DNA of 24,000 nt from Candidatus Saccharimonadales bacterium (GCA_035546935.1 DASZVP010000002.1:38564-62563), one strand, 5' to 3'; positions 1 through 7,657 are shown, counted from the stretch's first letter. Translations and numbers: made by a program. Notes: generated from the letters alone by a model not told the origin.

Positions 1-1287
1 AGCGACCAAGACGTGGCCCAGATTTTAGCTTCTTTTATGCCTGGCTTATTGCCGCAAGCCGACTTTGTGAGCACTTATCAACCGGGCGTGTTAACAGTTT
101 CTGTAGGCGGCAACGATATCGGTTTTGGAGACATTTTGCAGACCTGCGTCGCGCCGCACATAAGTTTAAGGTCTGGAGCAAACACGTGTTTTAGCAGCTA
201 TGAAGATCGTCTGGAGCTAAAGAATTTGATAGACCGGACTGTGCCGCGGTGGACGGCTCTATACGAACAGCTGGCCCATGCCTCGCCTTTGAGCCGAATT
301 TATGCAATCGGCTACCCACAAATTGCTAAAGCCGGCGGTGATTGTGCGTTAAATGTCCATTTGAACGCTGCCGAACTGACTTTTACAGAGGAGCTAATAA
401 ATTATTTAAACGATCAGGTGGCGTCAGCGGCCGCCGCGGCTGGTGTGAATTATGTAGACATCAGTCAGGCTTTGGTTGGGCATCGACTCTGCGAAGCAGC
501 CAGCTATGATGTTGCGGTCAATGGTCTAACGGCTGGCAGCTCCCGCTCAAGACCTTTTAGTTCGGCCAGCTATCATCCTAACGCCTTAGGACAGGCCTTG
601 ATCGAGCAGGCCATTATTAAGCAAACGCAGCGTTTCAAATCTAGCACTTCCATCCCTGTTAAAGATGATGTTTCTGCTCTGTTGGCTGCGCCCGTCAGCG
701 GGAGGACTGTCAATGTTATAGTGCCTGATGATGACCTGACAGACTCTGGAGCTCAGCCTGGACAAACAATTAATATTAGAGCGATTTCAGACAACTTAGC
801 GGTTAGTCGCGTTTATAATTTGCGGCTGGACGGGGCAGGCGGGACAAGTCTCGGCGACTTAAAAAGTGACAGTTTCGGCAATGTTTCGAGCAATGTCAGG
901 CTGCCCGAAGATATAGCAGCTGGCGGGCATACAGTTGATTTAACAGGGGTTAATCTTGCGGGCAAGCCGGTCGATGTACGGCGCCCGATATTTGTAGGCA
1001 CTTTCGAAGAGGCAGGCGTTGATGCGCCGGCCAGCAAGCCGAGAACGGTTGCTAATTTTGTGAGTCCACAATCGCCTCAAGTTTTGGGAGCGGCCGCGGT
1101 TTTACCAAACGCCACACCACCACTCGAGTCGGACCAGGCATTGCAGCATACGGGCACGGCCAAAACAGCTAAAAATGTCGCTGTCCGGACATCAGTGCTG
1201 GCCCGGGCCGGTCCATGGTTTATCGGCGTCGGTGTCGTGATTTTGATACAAATTTATTGGCCCCGCCGGCGGTTTCCTCTACAATAG
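1..1287 (+). CDS. SGNH/GDSL-family hydrolase (esterase/lipase-like), 5'-truncated by the window edge, with a C-terminal hydrophobic anchor
   Basis: The reading frame is open from nt 1, and the track ORF 13..1287 begins at an internal GTG. It has SGNH block II 'VSVGGNDIGFGD', a block III-like 'GYPQ' and a block V-like 'SYHPNALGQ'. Block I (GDS) is absent, which fits truncation. The C-terminus is a hydrophobic helix 'WFIGVGVVILIQIYW' followed by the basic 'PRRRF'. Confidence 0.75.
   Translation, partial: SDQDVAQILASFMPGLLPQADFVSTYQPGVLTVSVGGNDIGFGDILQTCVAPHISLRSGANTCFSSYEDRLELKNLIDRTVPRWTALYEQLAHASPLSRIYAIGYPQIAKAGGDCALNVHLNAAELTFTEELINYLNDQVASAAAAAGVNYVDISQALVGHRLCEAASYDVAVNGLTAGSSRSRPFSSASYHPNALGQALIEQAIIKQTQRFKSSTSIPVKDDVSALLAAPVSGRTVNVIVPDDDLTDSGAQPGQTINIRAISDNLAVSRVYNLRLDGAGGTSLGDLKSDSFGNVSSNVRLPEDIAAGGHTVDLTGVNLAGKPVDVRRPIFVGTFEEAGVDAPASKPRTVANFVSPQSPQVLGAAAVLPNATPPLESDQALQHTGTAKTAKNVAVRTSVLARAGPWFIGVGVVILIQIYWPRRRFPLQ
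1257..1285 (+). promoter_or_regulatory. Sigma70-like promoter TTGGCC-17-TACAAT, 7 nt upstream of ATG 1293 (candidate leaderless transcript)
   Basis: TTGGCC lies at 1257-1262, followed by a 17-nt spacer and TACAAT at 1280-1285. Then come 7 nt (agctgtc) and ATG 1293, with no Shine-Dalgarno in between. Confidence 0.4.
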
Positions 1288-1292
1288 CTGTC

Positions 1293-2504
1293 ATGATGTG
1301 GCTGAGGAAGTCGTTTGTTCATCTGTTAGCGTCTCTCTTATTATTGTCACTTTTGGTATTAGGCGTCTCCACCGCCATCGCTCAAAACTTTTCCAAGCCG
1401 ACCAAAGTTGAAGGCTGGCTGGCCGATAGCAATATTTACGGCCATTTCGTTAAAGACGTTATCTTGCAGTCGGACCAATCTATTGGCAGCAGCCAACAGA
1501 TGAGCGGCATCTCCTTGAGCGACACCGCAGTGCAGCAAGCCGCGCAAAGCGCTTTTCCTACCTCGCTGATTAAGAAATCGATTAACGACGTCCTCGACGC
1601 TAACTATGCCTGGCTACAGGGAAAGACCGCCACGCCGGAATTTAAGGTGGACCTTACTGCCGCCAAGCAGTCTTTTGCTCAGCAAGTTGGCACGTATGTG
1701 ACGAATTACTTTTCCAGCCTGCCGGTTTGCACGGCTGCTCAAGCTGCACAGCTCACTAATATCGACCCGTTGTCGGCGCCCTGTCGACCAAGCAATGTGA
1801 CCGCTCAACAAGAAGGCCAGATGGTGCAGCAACAATTAACTGAGGGTGGCAGCTTTCTTACTAAGTCAGTACTAACGCCCGCAACGCTTAACCCGGATCA
1901 AAAAGCCGACAGCCAACCTTATTATCAGAATCAAAAATTGCAACATCTGCCAAAAATTTATCGTACAGCGGTGGCGATACCGTGGATTGCTTTGGCGGTG
2001 GCCGTTGTGACCGCTTTGGGAGTGATCTTCATTTACCCGGTTCGCCGGCGCGGCGTTCGCAAGGTTGGTTACGGGCTGGTGATTGCTGGCGTTTTGTTGT
2101 TGGCCAGCAAGTTTGTGGTTGATGCGGTCTTCAATCATGTGAAGAAAAGTACCTTCAATAACAGCAGTGTCGGTGAACTGCAGAAGTCTTTGACTAACTT
2201 TTTGGGTCGTGCCGAGCATGGCGTAACCCAAACAGAAGTTTATCTGGCGGTAGTCTTTATTGTTCTGGCAGTTATCATTTTTGTGACATTAATTGTCACT
2301 CGCGACAAAGGCACAAAGACAGCTGACGCCCCTGTTAATGAGCCTGTTGCAGATGCGCCAGCTCCCACCGATAATGTTGCACCAGCAGCAACTAAGCCTG
2401 TGGTCAAGCCGACCGCACCAACCGTGAGCAAGCCCAAGACAGCCGGGCCAATTGGTGGACGGCCAAAACCGGGCGGCCCCAAGCGACCTCGTTTGATCCA
2501 ATAA
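1293..2504 (+). CDS. Hypothetical polytopic membrane protein with a Pro/Lys-rich C-terminal tail
   Basis: The track ORF is 1215..2504. The likely start is the in-frame ATG at 1293 (MMWLRKSFVHLLASLLLLSLLVLGV..., an N-terminal TM or signal). Downstream there is a roughly 230-aa hydrophilic domain and three further hydrophobic helices. The tail reads 'KPVVKPTAPTVSKPKTAGPIGGRPKPGGPKRPR'. I recognise no family. Confidence 0.65.
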   Translation: MMWLRKSFVHLLASLLLLSLLVLGVSTAIAQNFSKPTKVEGWLADSNIYGHFVKDVILQSDQSIGSSQQMSGISLSDTAVQQAAQSAFPTSLIKKSINDVLDANYAWLQGKTATPEFKVDLTAAKQSFAQQVGTYVTNYFSSLPVCTAAQAAQLTNIDPLSAPCRPSNVTAQQEGQMVQQQLTEGGSFLTKSVLTPATLNPDQKADSQPYYQNQKLQHLPKIYRTAVAIPWIALAVAVVTALGVIFIYPVRRRGVRKVGYGLVIAGVLLLASKFVVDAVFNHVKKSTFNNSSVGELQKSLTNFLGRAEHGVTQTEVYLAVVFIVLAVIIFVTLIVTRDKGTKTADAPVNEPVADAPAPTDNVAPAATKPVVKPTAPTVSKPKTAGPIGGRPKPGGPKRPRLIQ

Positions 2505-2541
2505 AAAAGCGACAGGACAACCTGTGGTTATCGTGCCGCTT

Positions 2542-2618
2542 TGGTACGCGTGGTAGGATTCGAACCTGCGACCTTTGGCTCCGCAAGCCAACGCTCTATC
2601 CAGCTGAGCTACACGCGC
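2542..2618 (-). tRNA. tRNA-Arg (anticodon GCG), CCA encoded
   Basis: The reverse complement folds as a cloverleaf. Acceptor GCGCGTG pairs with CACGCGT, the D arm is GCTC-AGCTGGATA-GAGC, and the anticodon stem is TTGGC/GCCAA with loop TTGCGGA (anticodon GCG). The T arm is GCAGG-TTCGAAT-CCTAC with one C.A mismatch. Discriminator A plus CCA gives 77 nt. Confidence 0.88.
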
Positions 2619-2818
2619 ATATTGCTTGTGCGCCTGTGCGCAAAACAGAGGTAATTTTAGCACGTTCGGTCTTGAATTACCAGTCTGGCGACCTTGTAAC
2701 ATTAAATTTCCGTCAGGTAGAAATGTGATATACAAAGTACATACATTTTTGCTTGTGGCTTTTGATACAGGCGAAGCGGGCTTTTTAGTAAAAGTCAATC
2801 TGTTAAAATAGCTGGAAC

Positions 2819-2909
<91 letters not shown>

Positions 2910-3082
2910 GTCAGAAAATCGTTGTGAGAATATTAACAGCTTCCGCTCAGCTTCGCGTCGTATTATGGGCTCGTAACTAGGGTAACGGGAGGGCTCAAGT
3001 TATGGCAGATAAACACGTCACGCGCACGCGAGCATCGGCCCCCACACGGGCATGGTGGCGCCAATATCTGGTTTAGAAGAAC

Positions 3083-3997
3083 CTAGATAGGTTCACGAAG
3101 GCGTTCTTGTTGAGCACGATTGTCGCCTGAAGTTGGTGGTTTGCCATTCAGGCTGCGCGGCCAAAGTTCATGGGTATGAACGGCCGCAATTTCCAAAGCG
3201 TAACAGATGACTTGGGCTTGTAAGTAGAGCCAGAATAACAGGCCTAAGGCCAGCGCAAAGTAACTATACAGCACATCCAGATTTTGAAGCTCCCGCTTGA
3301 GCAAATACCCGCCAACAGTTTGCAAGATGACCAGCCCAATAGCTGCCGACAATGCCGCTGAGCTGGTCTGTTTTAGATGTATTTTATGGGGCAGGCTGAT
3401 GTTAAGCAAAGCTTGGAACAACCAGAACAGGACCACCAGATCAACGCCGATAGAAAGCGCCCTGAAGCCAACGCCTTGACCGGCGGCAGCTGTAATGGCT
3501 GTGCAGACGCCTGCCAACACAAAACCGATACCACCGACAAAAATTATCATTAAGTTTTTGGCTAAAGATTTCGGGAACCCGGGCCGCTTGTGGCGCGGGA
3601 CACCCCAGATATGATGAACACTATTACGAAAGGCACTGGCCACACCGCGGGCACCATAAAGTGTAAATAACAAACCGGTCAGCAGTGCCAGACCGCTCTT
3701 GTGCAGTCCTTGAACATGACTGGATAGCTGCTGTCCAAGAATCGGAAAAGACTTGGTAGTGTCATTGATAATTGTTTGTTGCAGATGCAGGTGGCTATTG
3801 TTAAACAGAGCGGTCACGGTGCTCAATATCAGTAACAGGGGGAAAAGCGCCAAAAAGCCATAGTAGGTAAGCAGAGCTGCCTGATAACCGGCCTGGTCGT
3901 CGTCATATTTTTTAATGACAGCAATTAAGAAGGCGGGCAAACGATGGCGCTGCTGCAAGCGATCGAGATATTTTAGCCAGCGAGATGGCGCGCTCAT
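3083..3997 (-). CDS. YihY/BrkB-family (formerly 'RNase BN'-like) integral membrane protein
   Basis: This is a 304-aa ORF. The N-terminal region 'FLIAVIKKYDDDQAGYQAALLTYYGFLALFPLLLIL' matches the characteristic YihY/BrkB opening, and about six hydrophobic helices follow. Confidence 0.8.
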   Translation of the reverse strand: MSAPSRWLKYLDRLQQRHRLPAFLIAVIKKYDDDQAGYQAALLTYYGFLALFPLLLILSTVTALFNNSHLHLQQTIINDTTKSFPILGQQLSSHVQGLHKSGLALLTGLLFTLYGARGVASAFRNSVHHIWGVPRHKRPGFPKSLAKNLMIIFVGGIGFVLAGVCTAITAAAGQGVGFRALSIGVDLVVLFWLFQALLNISLPHKIHLKQTSSAALSAAIGLVILQTVGGYLLKRELQNLDVLYSYFALALGLLFWLYLQAQVICYALEIAAVHTHELWPRSLNGKPPTSGDNRAQQERLREPI

Positions 3998-4114
3998 TTG
4001 GCTATATTATGCCAGTTTAGGGGCGGAAAACTAAATTTGTTAAAAAGTTTACAGCTTCCCGTCAGTCATAAGCGTCATAATGATCATTACCAAAAAAATA
4101 AATGGAGGATTACA

Positions 4115-4246
4115 ATGTCCAACGAAGAAGCCGACGCCTTAATGGAACAATTTGATAAGTGGGATGACCACAGCCGTAAGCGCGACTTTATTAATCGTAT
4201 GGAACATAAACTCTACCGCAAAGAGCGGCGCATACGTCGCCGGTAA
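4115..4246 (+). CDS. Small (43 aa) acidic-N / basic-C hypothetical protein
   Basis: The track ORF 3998..4246 contains an in-frame ATG at 4115 preceded by a strong SD (aaatGGAGGattacaATG). The product is MSNEEADALMEQFDKWDDHSRKRDFINRMEHKLYRKERRIRRR. A hairpin with a T-run follows directly. Confidence 0.45.
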   Translation: MSNEEADALMEQFDKWDDHSRKRDFINRMEHKLYRKERRIRRR

Positions 4247-4268
4247 CCCCTTTGGCTTGCCCACCCTG

Positions 4269-4300
4269 AAGCTGCTTGTACCCCCAAGCAGCTTTTTGTT
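4269..4300 (+). terminator. Rho-independent terminator
   Basis: A perfect 10-bp stem AAGCTGCTTG (4269-4278) / CAAGCAGCTT (4285-4294) encloses the loop TACCCC and is followed by TTTGTTTG. It sits between the convergent genes ending at 4246 and 4304. Confidence 0.65.
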
Positions 4301-4303
4301 TGT

Positions 4304-4822
4304 CTAAAAACGGATACGCCTCATGAGATTGTCGATCGGATCTCTCCGTGGCTGCTCTTGCGGGAGACGAAGCGTTAACAGTTCAAGAATTTTATCGCCG
4401 TCGTCCGGATCGAAATAAACGCTGACCGGCGTGCCAAATCGTTTTAGCGGCCAGAAAGTAATGCTGGTAAACGGTCCCTCTGGCATTAATGAAAAGCTGC
4501 GGAATGTTTGGTAATTATAGGTTTTCTCACCTATCTTCAGATGCTGTCCGCTTAGCTCATAGCTAAGCTGGCGTGGCTGCCGGTTAGCATAGGCCCCCAA
4601 AAATATGGCGGCGATAATCACTGCCGCCGCCGAAACTTCATCTCTTGTAATCAGGTAAATTACCCCCGCAAATGCTGCCGCCACGAGCGCTAATATCAGA
4701 TACCAGCCTGCAGTCTTTTGGTGTGCAATAAATTCAGAAGCTGTCCAATTTATTGGCTGCACCGGCTCACCCTGCAAAGGGCTTTCGTGATCAAAGTTTG
4801 TGGAATGAGCGTCTTTGGCCAT
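4304..4822 (-). CDS. Hypothetical membrane protein with two TM helices and a bacterial PH-like (YdbS/YdbT, bPH_2-like) C-terminal domain
   Basis: This is a 172-aa ORF. Two adjacent hydrophobic helices (WYLILALVAAAFAGVIYLI and AAAVIIAAIFLGAYA) are followed by a roughly 90-aa soluble domain (LSYELSGQHLKIGEKTYNYQTFRSF...). The domain assignment rests on architecture only. TACAAT (revcomp of 4830-4835) lies 7 nt upstream of the ATG. Confidence 0.6.
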   Translation of the reverse strand: MAKDAHSTNFDHESPLQGEPVQPINWTASEFIAHQKTAGWYLILALVAAAFAGVIYLITRDEVSAAAVIIAAIFLGAYANRQPRQLSYELSGQHLKIGEKTYNYQTFRSFSLMPEGPFTSITFWPLKRFGTPVSVYFDPDDGDKILELLTLRLPQEQPRRDPIDNLMRRIRF

Positions 4823-4990
4823 AAGCGTTATTGTACCGCAACTGCTTGACGTACTTCCACACTAGGAATTATGAAAAATAAAAATGCCTATACTTTATAC
4901 ATCACTTTTTACATCTAGCGAAATTAACGCGTAAAGCTGTCACTATATCAAACCGGACCAACCAACGGGCTGCTGCCCACTGCCTGGTCC

Positions 4991-5011
4991 TGGCGGAGAG
5001 AGAGGGATTTG
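4991..5011 (-). pseudogene. Orphan 21-nt copy of the 3' end of tRNA-Ser(GCU) (half T-arm, acceptor 3' strand and CCA)
   Basis: tggcggagagagagggatttg at 4991-5011 is identical to 5124-5144, the 3' end of the intact tRNA-Ser(GCU). No matching 5' half (GGAGAGR...) lies upstream of it. Confidence 0.6.
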
Positions 5012-5123
5012 CTTTGCACACGCAAGCCGCGGGCAAAGACCGGGGCAGTCCACTGGACTGCCCGTTCAAATCCCTTTAACTTAACAAGCTCGGCCAACGA
5101 ACCTAGGGTCCATTGCCCGAGCT
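5012..5123 (-). other. Highly structured 112-nt spacer (three hairpins) between the tRNA-Ser(GCU) gene and its 3'-end duplicate
   Basis: Four sets of perfect stems are present. They are AGGGATTTG (5003-5011)/CAAATCCCT (5067-5075), CTTTGC (5012-5017)/GCAAAG (5033-5038), GGGCAGTCC (5043-5051)/GGACTGCCC (5055-5063) and AGCTCGG (5087-5093)/CCGAGCT (5117-5123). The last one abuts the tRNA CCA end. Confidence 0.5.
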
Positions 5124-5216
5124 TGGCGGAGAGAGAGGGATTTGAACCCTCGCGGGGGATTGCTCCCCCCTATCGATTTAGCAAACCGACCCCTTCAGCC
5201 ACTTGGGTACCTCTCC
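5124..5216 (-). tRNA. tRNA-Ser (anticodon GCU), class II, CCA encoded
   Basis: In the reverse complement, acceptor GGAGAGG pairs with TCTCTCC. The anticodon stem is TCGGT/ATCGA with loop TTGCTAA (anticodon GCT). There is a long variable arm (GGGGGG-AGCAA-TCCCCC) and a T arm GAGGG-TTCAAAT-CCCTC. G plus CCA gives 93 nt. Confidence 0.92.
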
Positions 5217-5259
5217 GTTTAGACTGACACGTCAAAGTATTGTAACGCGTAATCTGGTC

Positions 5260-5349
5260 TGGCGGAAGGGGAGAGATTCGAACTCTCGGTACCGTTTCCG
5301 GCACGCCAGTTTTCAAGACTGGTTCCTTAAACCACTCGGACACCCTTCC
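5260..5349 (-). tRNA. tRNA-Ser (anticodon UGA), class II, CCA encoded
   Basis: In the reverse complement, acceptor GGAAGGG pairs with CCCTTCC. The anticodon stem is CCAGT/ACTGG with loop CTTGAAA (anticodon TGA). The variable arm is GCCGG-AAA-CGGTA.. and the T arm is GAGAG-TTCGAAT-CTCTC. G plus CCA gives 90 nt. Confidence 0.93.
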
Positions 5350-5370
5350 AAAAGTTCCAGAACAGGGGTA

Positions 5371-5399
5371 ATTATACCGTCTTTTTAGGCCCGGGCAAA
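5371..5399 (-). promoter_or_regulatory. Candidate promoter TTTGCC-17-TATAAT for the tRNA-Ser(UGA)/tRNA-Ser(GCU) unit
   Basis: On the minus strand, TATAAT is the revcomp of 5371-5376 and TTTGCC the revcomp of 5394-5399, with a 17-nt spacer. The -10 lies about 21 nt upstream of the tRNA 5' end at 5349. The -35 overlaps the end of comF. Confidence 0.4.
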
Positions 5400-5996
5400 G
5401 GTTAGAGCCGCAATTTCTGCAGCTCCGGCAGCTTTTAACGCCAAGGCGGCAGCTTTAAGAGTCGCGCCAGTAGTGACAACATCATCGATAAGCAGCACTC
5501 TCTGGCCGCTTATCAGTTTCGGCCTGGTGACGCGAAAAACATCGGTCAACTGCGCCAAACGTTGCTCGCGATTAGCGCCGACCTGGTGCTGGTTGCCCTG
5601 CCTGGCCAGCACATTAACAGATATCATATGGCCTAATCGAGCCAGTTGACGACTTATTAGCTCAGCCTGATCATAGCCGCGCTGGCGGCGGCGGCCGGTG
5701 GTGGTTGGCACCGGCACCAACAGCCAATCGCCGGCCGGTAACAGATTGAGCAGTTCGCTGGCAATGGCTTTAGCGGCGGTCTGTGCGGCGCCAAACTTCA
5801 GGCGCCAGACTAGATCTTTGGCCAGACCATCATACGTAGTGCGAGAGTAAACCGCTAATGTTGTGCCAGGAAGGTGTAACGGCTGGGCTGCTGGAAGCAG
5901 TTTTAGGCAGTCATAACAGATTAAATTGGGTTGCCGGCCGCAGCCTAAGCATTCATGCGGGACCAGCAGGCCGACAACTTCATCAATTAACCCCAT
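5385..5996 (-). CDS. comFC: ComF-family protein (ComFC-like phosphoribosyltransferase-fold competence protein)
   Basis: This is a 203-aa ORF. It has an N-terminal four-Cys zinc-finger-like motif 'CLGCG...CYDCL', the motif 'RQRGYDQAELISRQLA' and a PRTase nucleotide-binding motif 'VLLIDDVVTTGATL'. Confidence 0.85.
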   Translation of the reverse strand: MGLIDEVVGLLVPHECLGCGRQPNLICYDCLKLLPAAQPLHLPGTTLAVYSRTTYDGLAKDLVWRLKFGAAQTAAKAIASELLNLLPAGDWLLVPVPTTTGRRRQRGYDQAELISRQLARLGHMISVNVLARQGNQHQVGANREQRLAQLTDVFRVTRPKLISGQRVLLIDDVVTTGATLKAAALALKAAGAAEIAALTFARA

Positions 5997-6042
5997 AGAC
6001 CACCTGTTGTGTTTAATGTGTTGTAAATAAGTGGGGTGGTCG

Positions 6043-6072
6043 TTGCACCCAGCTCAATAGCTAAGCTATACT
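6043..6072 (+). promoter_or_regulatory. Candidate sigma70-like promoter TTGCAC-18-TATACT upstream of hsp20
   Basis: TTGCAC lies at 6043-6048 and TATACT at 6067-6072. This would give a 5' UTR of roughly 105 nt before the SD CTGGAGGG and ATG 6185. Confidence 0.4.
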
Positions 6073-6184
6073 GCTAGTAACATAAAAATGCAAGTTCTCT
6101 TATTGTTTATTTAAGGTGTAGTCGCTTGACCGGATTAACTGGAGCCGGCAAAGACCACCACAACATACCTGGAGGGTAACAACT

Positions 6185-6670
6185 ATGGCGCGACGCAGCC
6201 AAAATGACGATTTATTACTAGAAGAAGATGAGCTGACCGCTGCCTTCTTGGGCGATGACGACCTTGGCGCAGCCGTCGAGGCTGCCGCAGCGCCAAGCGC
6301 GGCTGAACCGGCCGCTGAAGATGAATGGGATGACGACGAAGCCGTACCCGGCCAACTGGCTGTAGATGTCTACGAAACTCGCGATAAGCTAATCGTTAAA
6401 GCTCGCACCGCCGGCGTTAACAAGGGCGATCTGGACGTCAGCATTTCTGACAACCAGCTGACGATTCGCGGCACTTTGAGCTCGGGCAGTGAAGAAGGCG
6501 TCGAAAACTACTTCTTGCAAGAGTGCTACTGGGGCGAATTCAGCCGCACTATCGCTTTGCCCGTACCGGTCAAAGAAGAAGAGATTGAGGCTGTTCTTAA
6601 AGACGGCGTGCTAACCGTTAGCTTTGGCAAGGTTCAGCAAGATACTGTTAAGAAGATCCAGGTTCTTTAA
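6185..6670 (+). CDS. Hsp20/alpha-crystallin-family small heat-shock protein with an acidic N-terminal extension
   Basis: This is a 161-aa ORF. The alpha-crystallin domain shows in 'LAVDVYETRDKLIVKARTAGVNKGDLDVSISDNQLTIRGT...GEFSRTIALPVPVKEEEIEAVLKDGVLTVSFGK'. A strong SD (GGAGGgtaacaactATG) precedes the start. Confidence 0.9.
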   Translation: MARRSQNDDLLLEEDELTAAFLGDDDLGAAVEAAAAPSAAEPAAEDEWDDDEAVPGQLAVDVYETRDKLIVKARTAGVNKGDLDVSISDNQLTIRGTLSSGSEEGVENYFLQECYWGEFSRTIALPVPVKEEEIEAVLKDGVLTVSFGKVQQDTVKKIQVL

Positions 6671-6694
6671 GATCTCCGGTTTAACAGACAAAGT

Positions 6695-6722
6695 AAAACC
6701 CCCGGTTCGCCCGGGGGGTTTT
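6695..6722. terminator. Bidirectional rho-independent terminator between hsp20 (+) and the last pilin gene (-)
   Basis: The sequence is AAAA-CCCCCGG-TTCG-CCCGGGGGG-TTTT. A GC-rich stem is flanked by an A-run on one side and a T-run on the other, so it can terminate in both directions. Confidence 0.75.
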
Positions 6723-6739
6723 AATAGCCTAGAACTAAC

Positions 6740-7174
6740 TTATTGCAGGTTGCCGACGCCCGACTGCGTGGTGTTGATCACGTAGTGGACAATAATCTGC
6801 GCCAGCGCGACGACGACCAGGCCGACGATAGCGTAAATTAAGGTGTTCTTGGCGCCCGTGACACCGTCACCACCACCAGAGGTAATGTATTTGAAACCGC
6901 CATAAATAATCATGATGACGGCCACGATACCGACTACCACTGAGAAAATGTTGACTACTTTAGAAGCCACATTGCTCAGATCGGTGGTGCCGCCCTTACC
7001 GGCGTTGCCACACCCAGTGCCGTTACCCTCGCCAGTAGCGTTGTTAACACCCTGACATAGACCACTAACAATACCGCCTGATGCGGCGCTAGCGCTGGCC
7101 GGAATCAAAGCAGGGGCAAACAAGCCAAGACTGGCAACTGCCACGATGATGTAAGTTTTTAATTTTCGGATCAT
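6740..7174 (-). CDS. T4SS pilin-like protein (TrbC/VirB2-like), paralog 1 of 6, last in the array with its own promoter
   Basis: This is a 144-aa protein. It has a signal peptide (…PASASA), two Cys in a Gly-rich segment (LCQG…GTGCG) and a TM helix. Then come the loop 'GGFKYITSGGGDGVTGAKNTLIYAIVGL' and a second TM helix. This matches the architecture of VirB2/TrbC and the CPR 'T4SS_pilin' family. Confidence 0.75.
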   Translation of the reverse strand: MIRKLKTYIIVAVASLGLFAPALIPASASAASGGIVSGLCQGVNNATGEGNGTGCGNAGKGGTTDLSNVASKVVNIFSVVVGIVAVIMIIYGGFKYITSGGGDGVTGAKNTLIYAIVGLVVVALAQIIVHYVINTTQSGVGNLQ

Positions 7175-7200
7175 AGTTACCTTTCTTTAATCTTAACCTT

Positions 7201-7230
7201 TTTATACCACAATACTTAAAGCTATTTCAA
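7201..7230 (-). promoter_or_regulatory. Extended -10 promoter TTGAAA-18-(TGg)TATAAA dedicated to pilin paralog 1
   Basis: On the minus strand, TTGAAA is the revcomp of 7225-7230 and TGGTATAAA the revcomp of 7201-7209. A 26-nt leader containing an AAAGAAAGG-type SD precedes the ATG at 7174. Confidence 0.5.
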
Positions 7231-7245
7231 CTCTGTCGCCACAGC

Positions 7246-7647
7246 CTAGCCGGTGCCGGCCGCACTGCTGGTGCTATTAATGACAAAGTGAACAAGGAAT
7301 TGGGCCGCCACGGTAATAGCAATACCGATGAGCGCATAAATTAGGGTTGTTTTGGCGGTGGCTGCCTTATTGGAATCACCAGCTGCCGTAATGTATTTCA
7401 GGCCGGCGACAATGACCATTATTACAGAGATAATACCAGTGATTAGGCTCAAGATGTTAACCACTGTGCCGGCGACTGTGCCCACACTTTTACCGCCGGA
7501 GCCACAATCTGTGGAGCTATCAATTTGGCTGAGGCCTTGGCAAGCGTCTTGCTGCAGAGCGCTAGCTGCGTAAACTACCGAGGTTGAACCTACGCCAGCA
7601 AAGGCTACGCTGAGTGCAATTGCGAGTGATAAGAATCTGCGTTTCAT
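7246..7647 (-). CDS. T4SS pilin-like protein (TrbC/VirB2-like), paralog 2
   Basis: This is a 133-aa protein with a signal peptide (…VVYAAS) and a Cys pair (DACQG…TDCG). It continues with a TM helix, 'AGLKYITAAGDSNKAATAKTTLIYALIGI' and a second TM helix. The SD GGAGAGGAAAA precedes the ATG. Confidence 0.75.
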   Translation of the reverse strand: MKRRFLSLAIALSVAFAGVGSTSVVYAASALQQDACQGLSQIDSSTDCGSGGKSVGTVAGTVVNILSLITGIISVIMVIVAGLKYITAAGDSNKAATAKTTLIYALIGIAITVAAQFLVHFVINSTSSAAGTG

Positions 7648-7657
7648 TTTTCCTCTC

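Noticed and set aside
1215-1292. Upstream extensions of track ORFs (1215-1292, 3998-4114, 18777-18881, 21621-21641)
   Set aside because: The extensions overlap the preceding gene or promoter region and encode Arg/Cys-rich non-protein-like sequence. Internal ATGs have better signals: a signal peptide or TM helix right after the start, an SD, or ATGA/TAATG coupling.
5003-5075. The 9-bp inverted repeats AGGGATTTG/CAAATCCCT, considered as MITE ends, or the region as tmRNA or SRP RNA
   Set aside because: There is no target-site duplication around the inverted repeats. There is no tmRNA-type acceptor (G-U pair, ACCA end) or tag ORF, and no SRP domain IV motif. It is kept only as an unexplained structured spacer.
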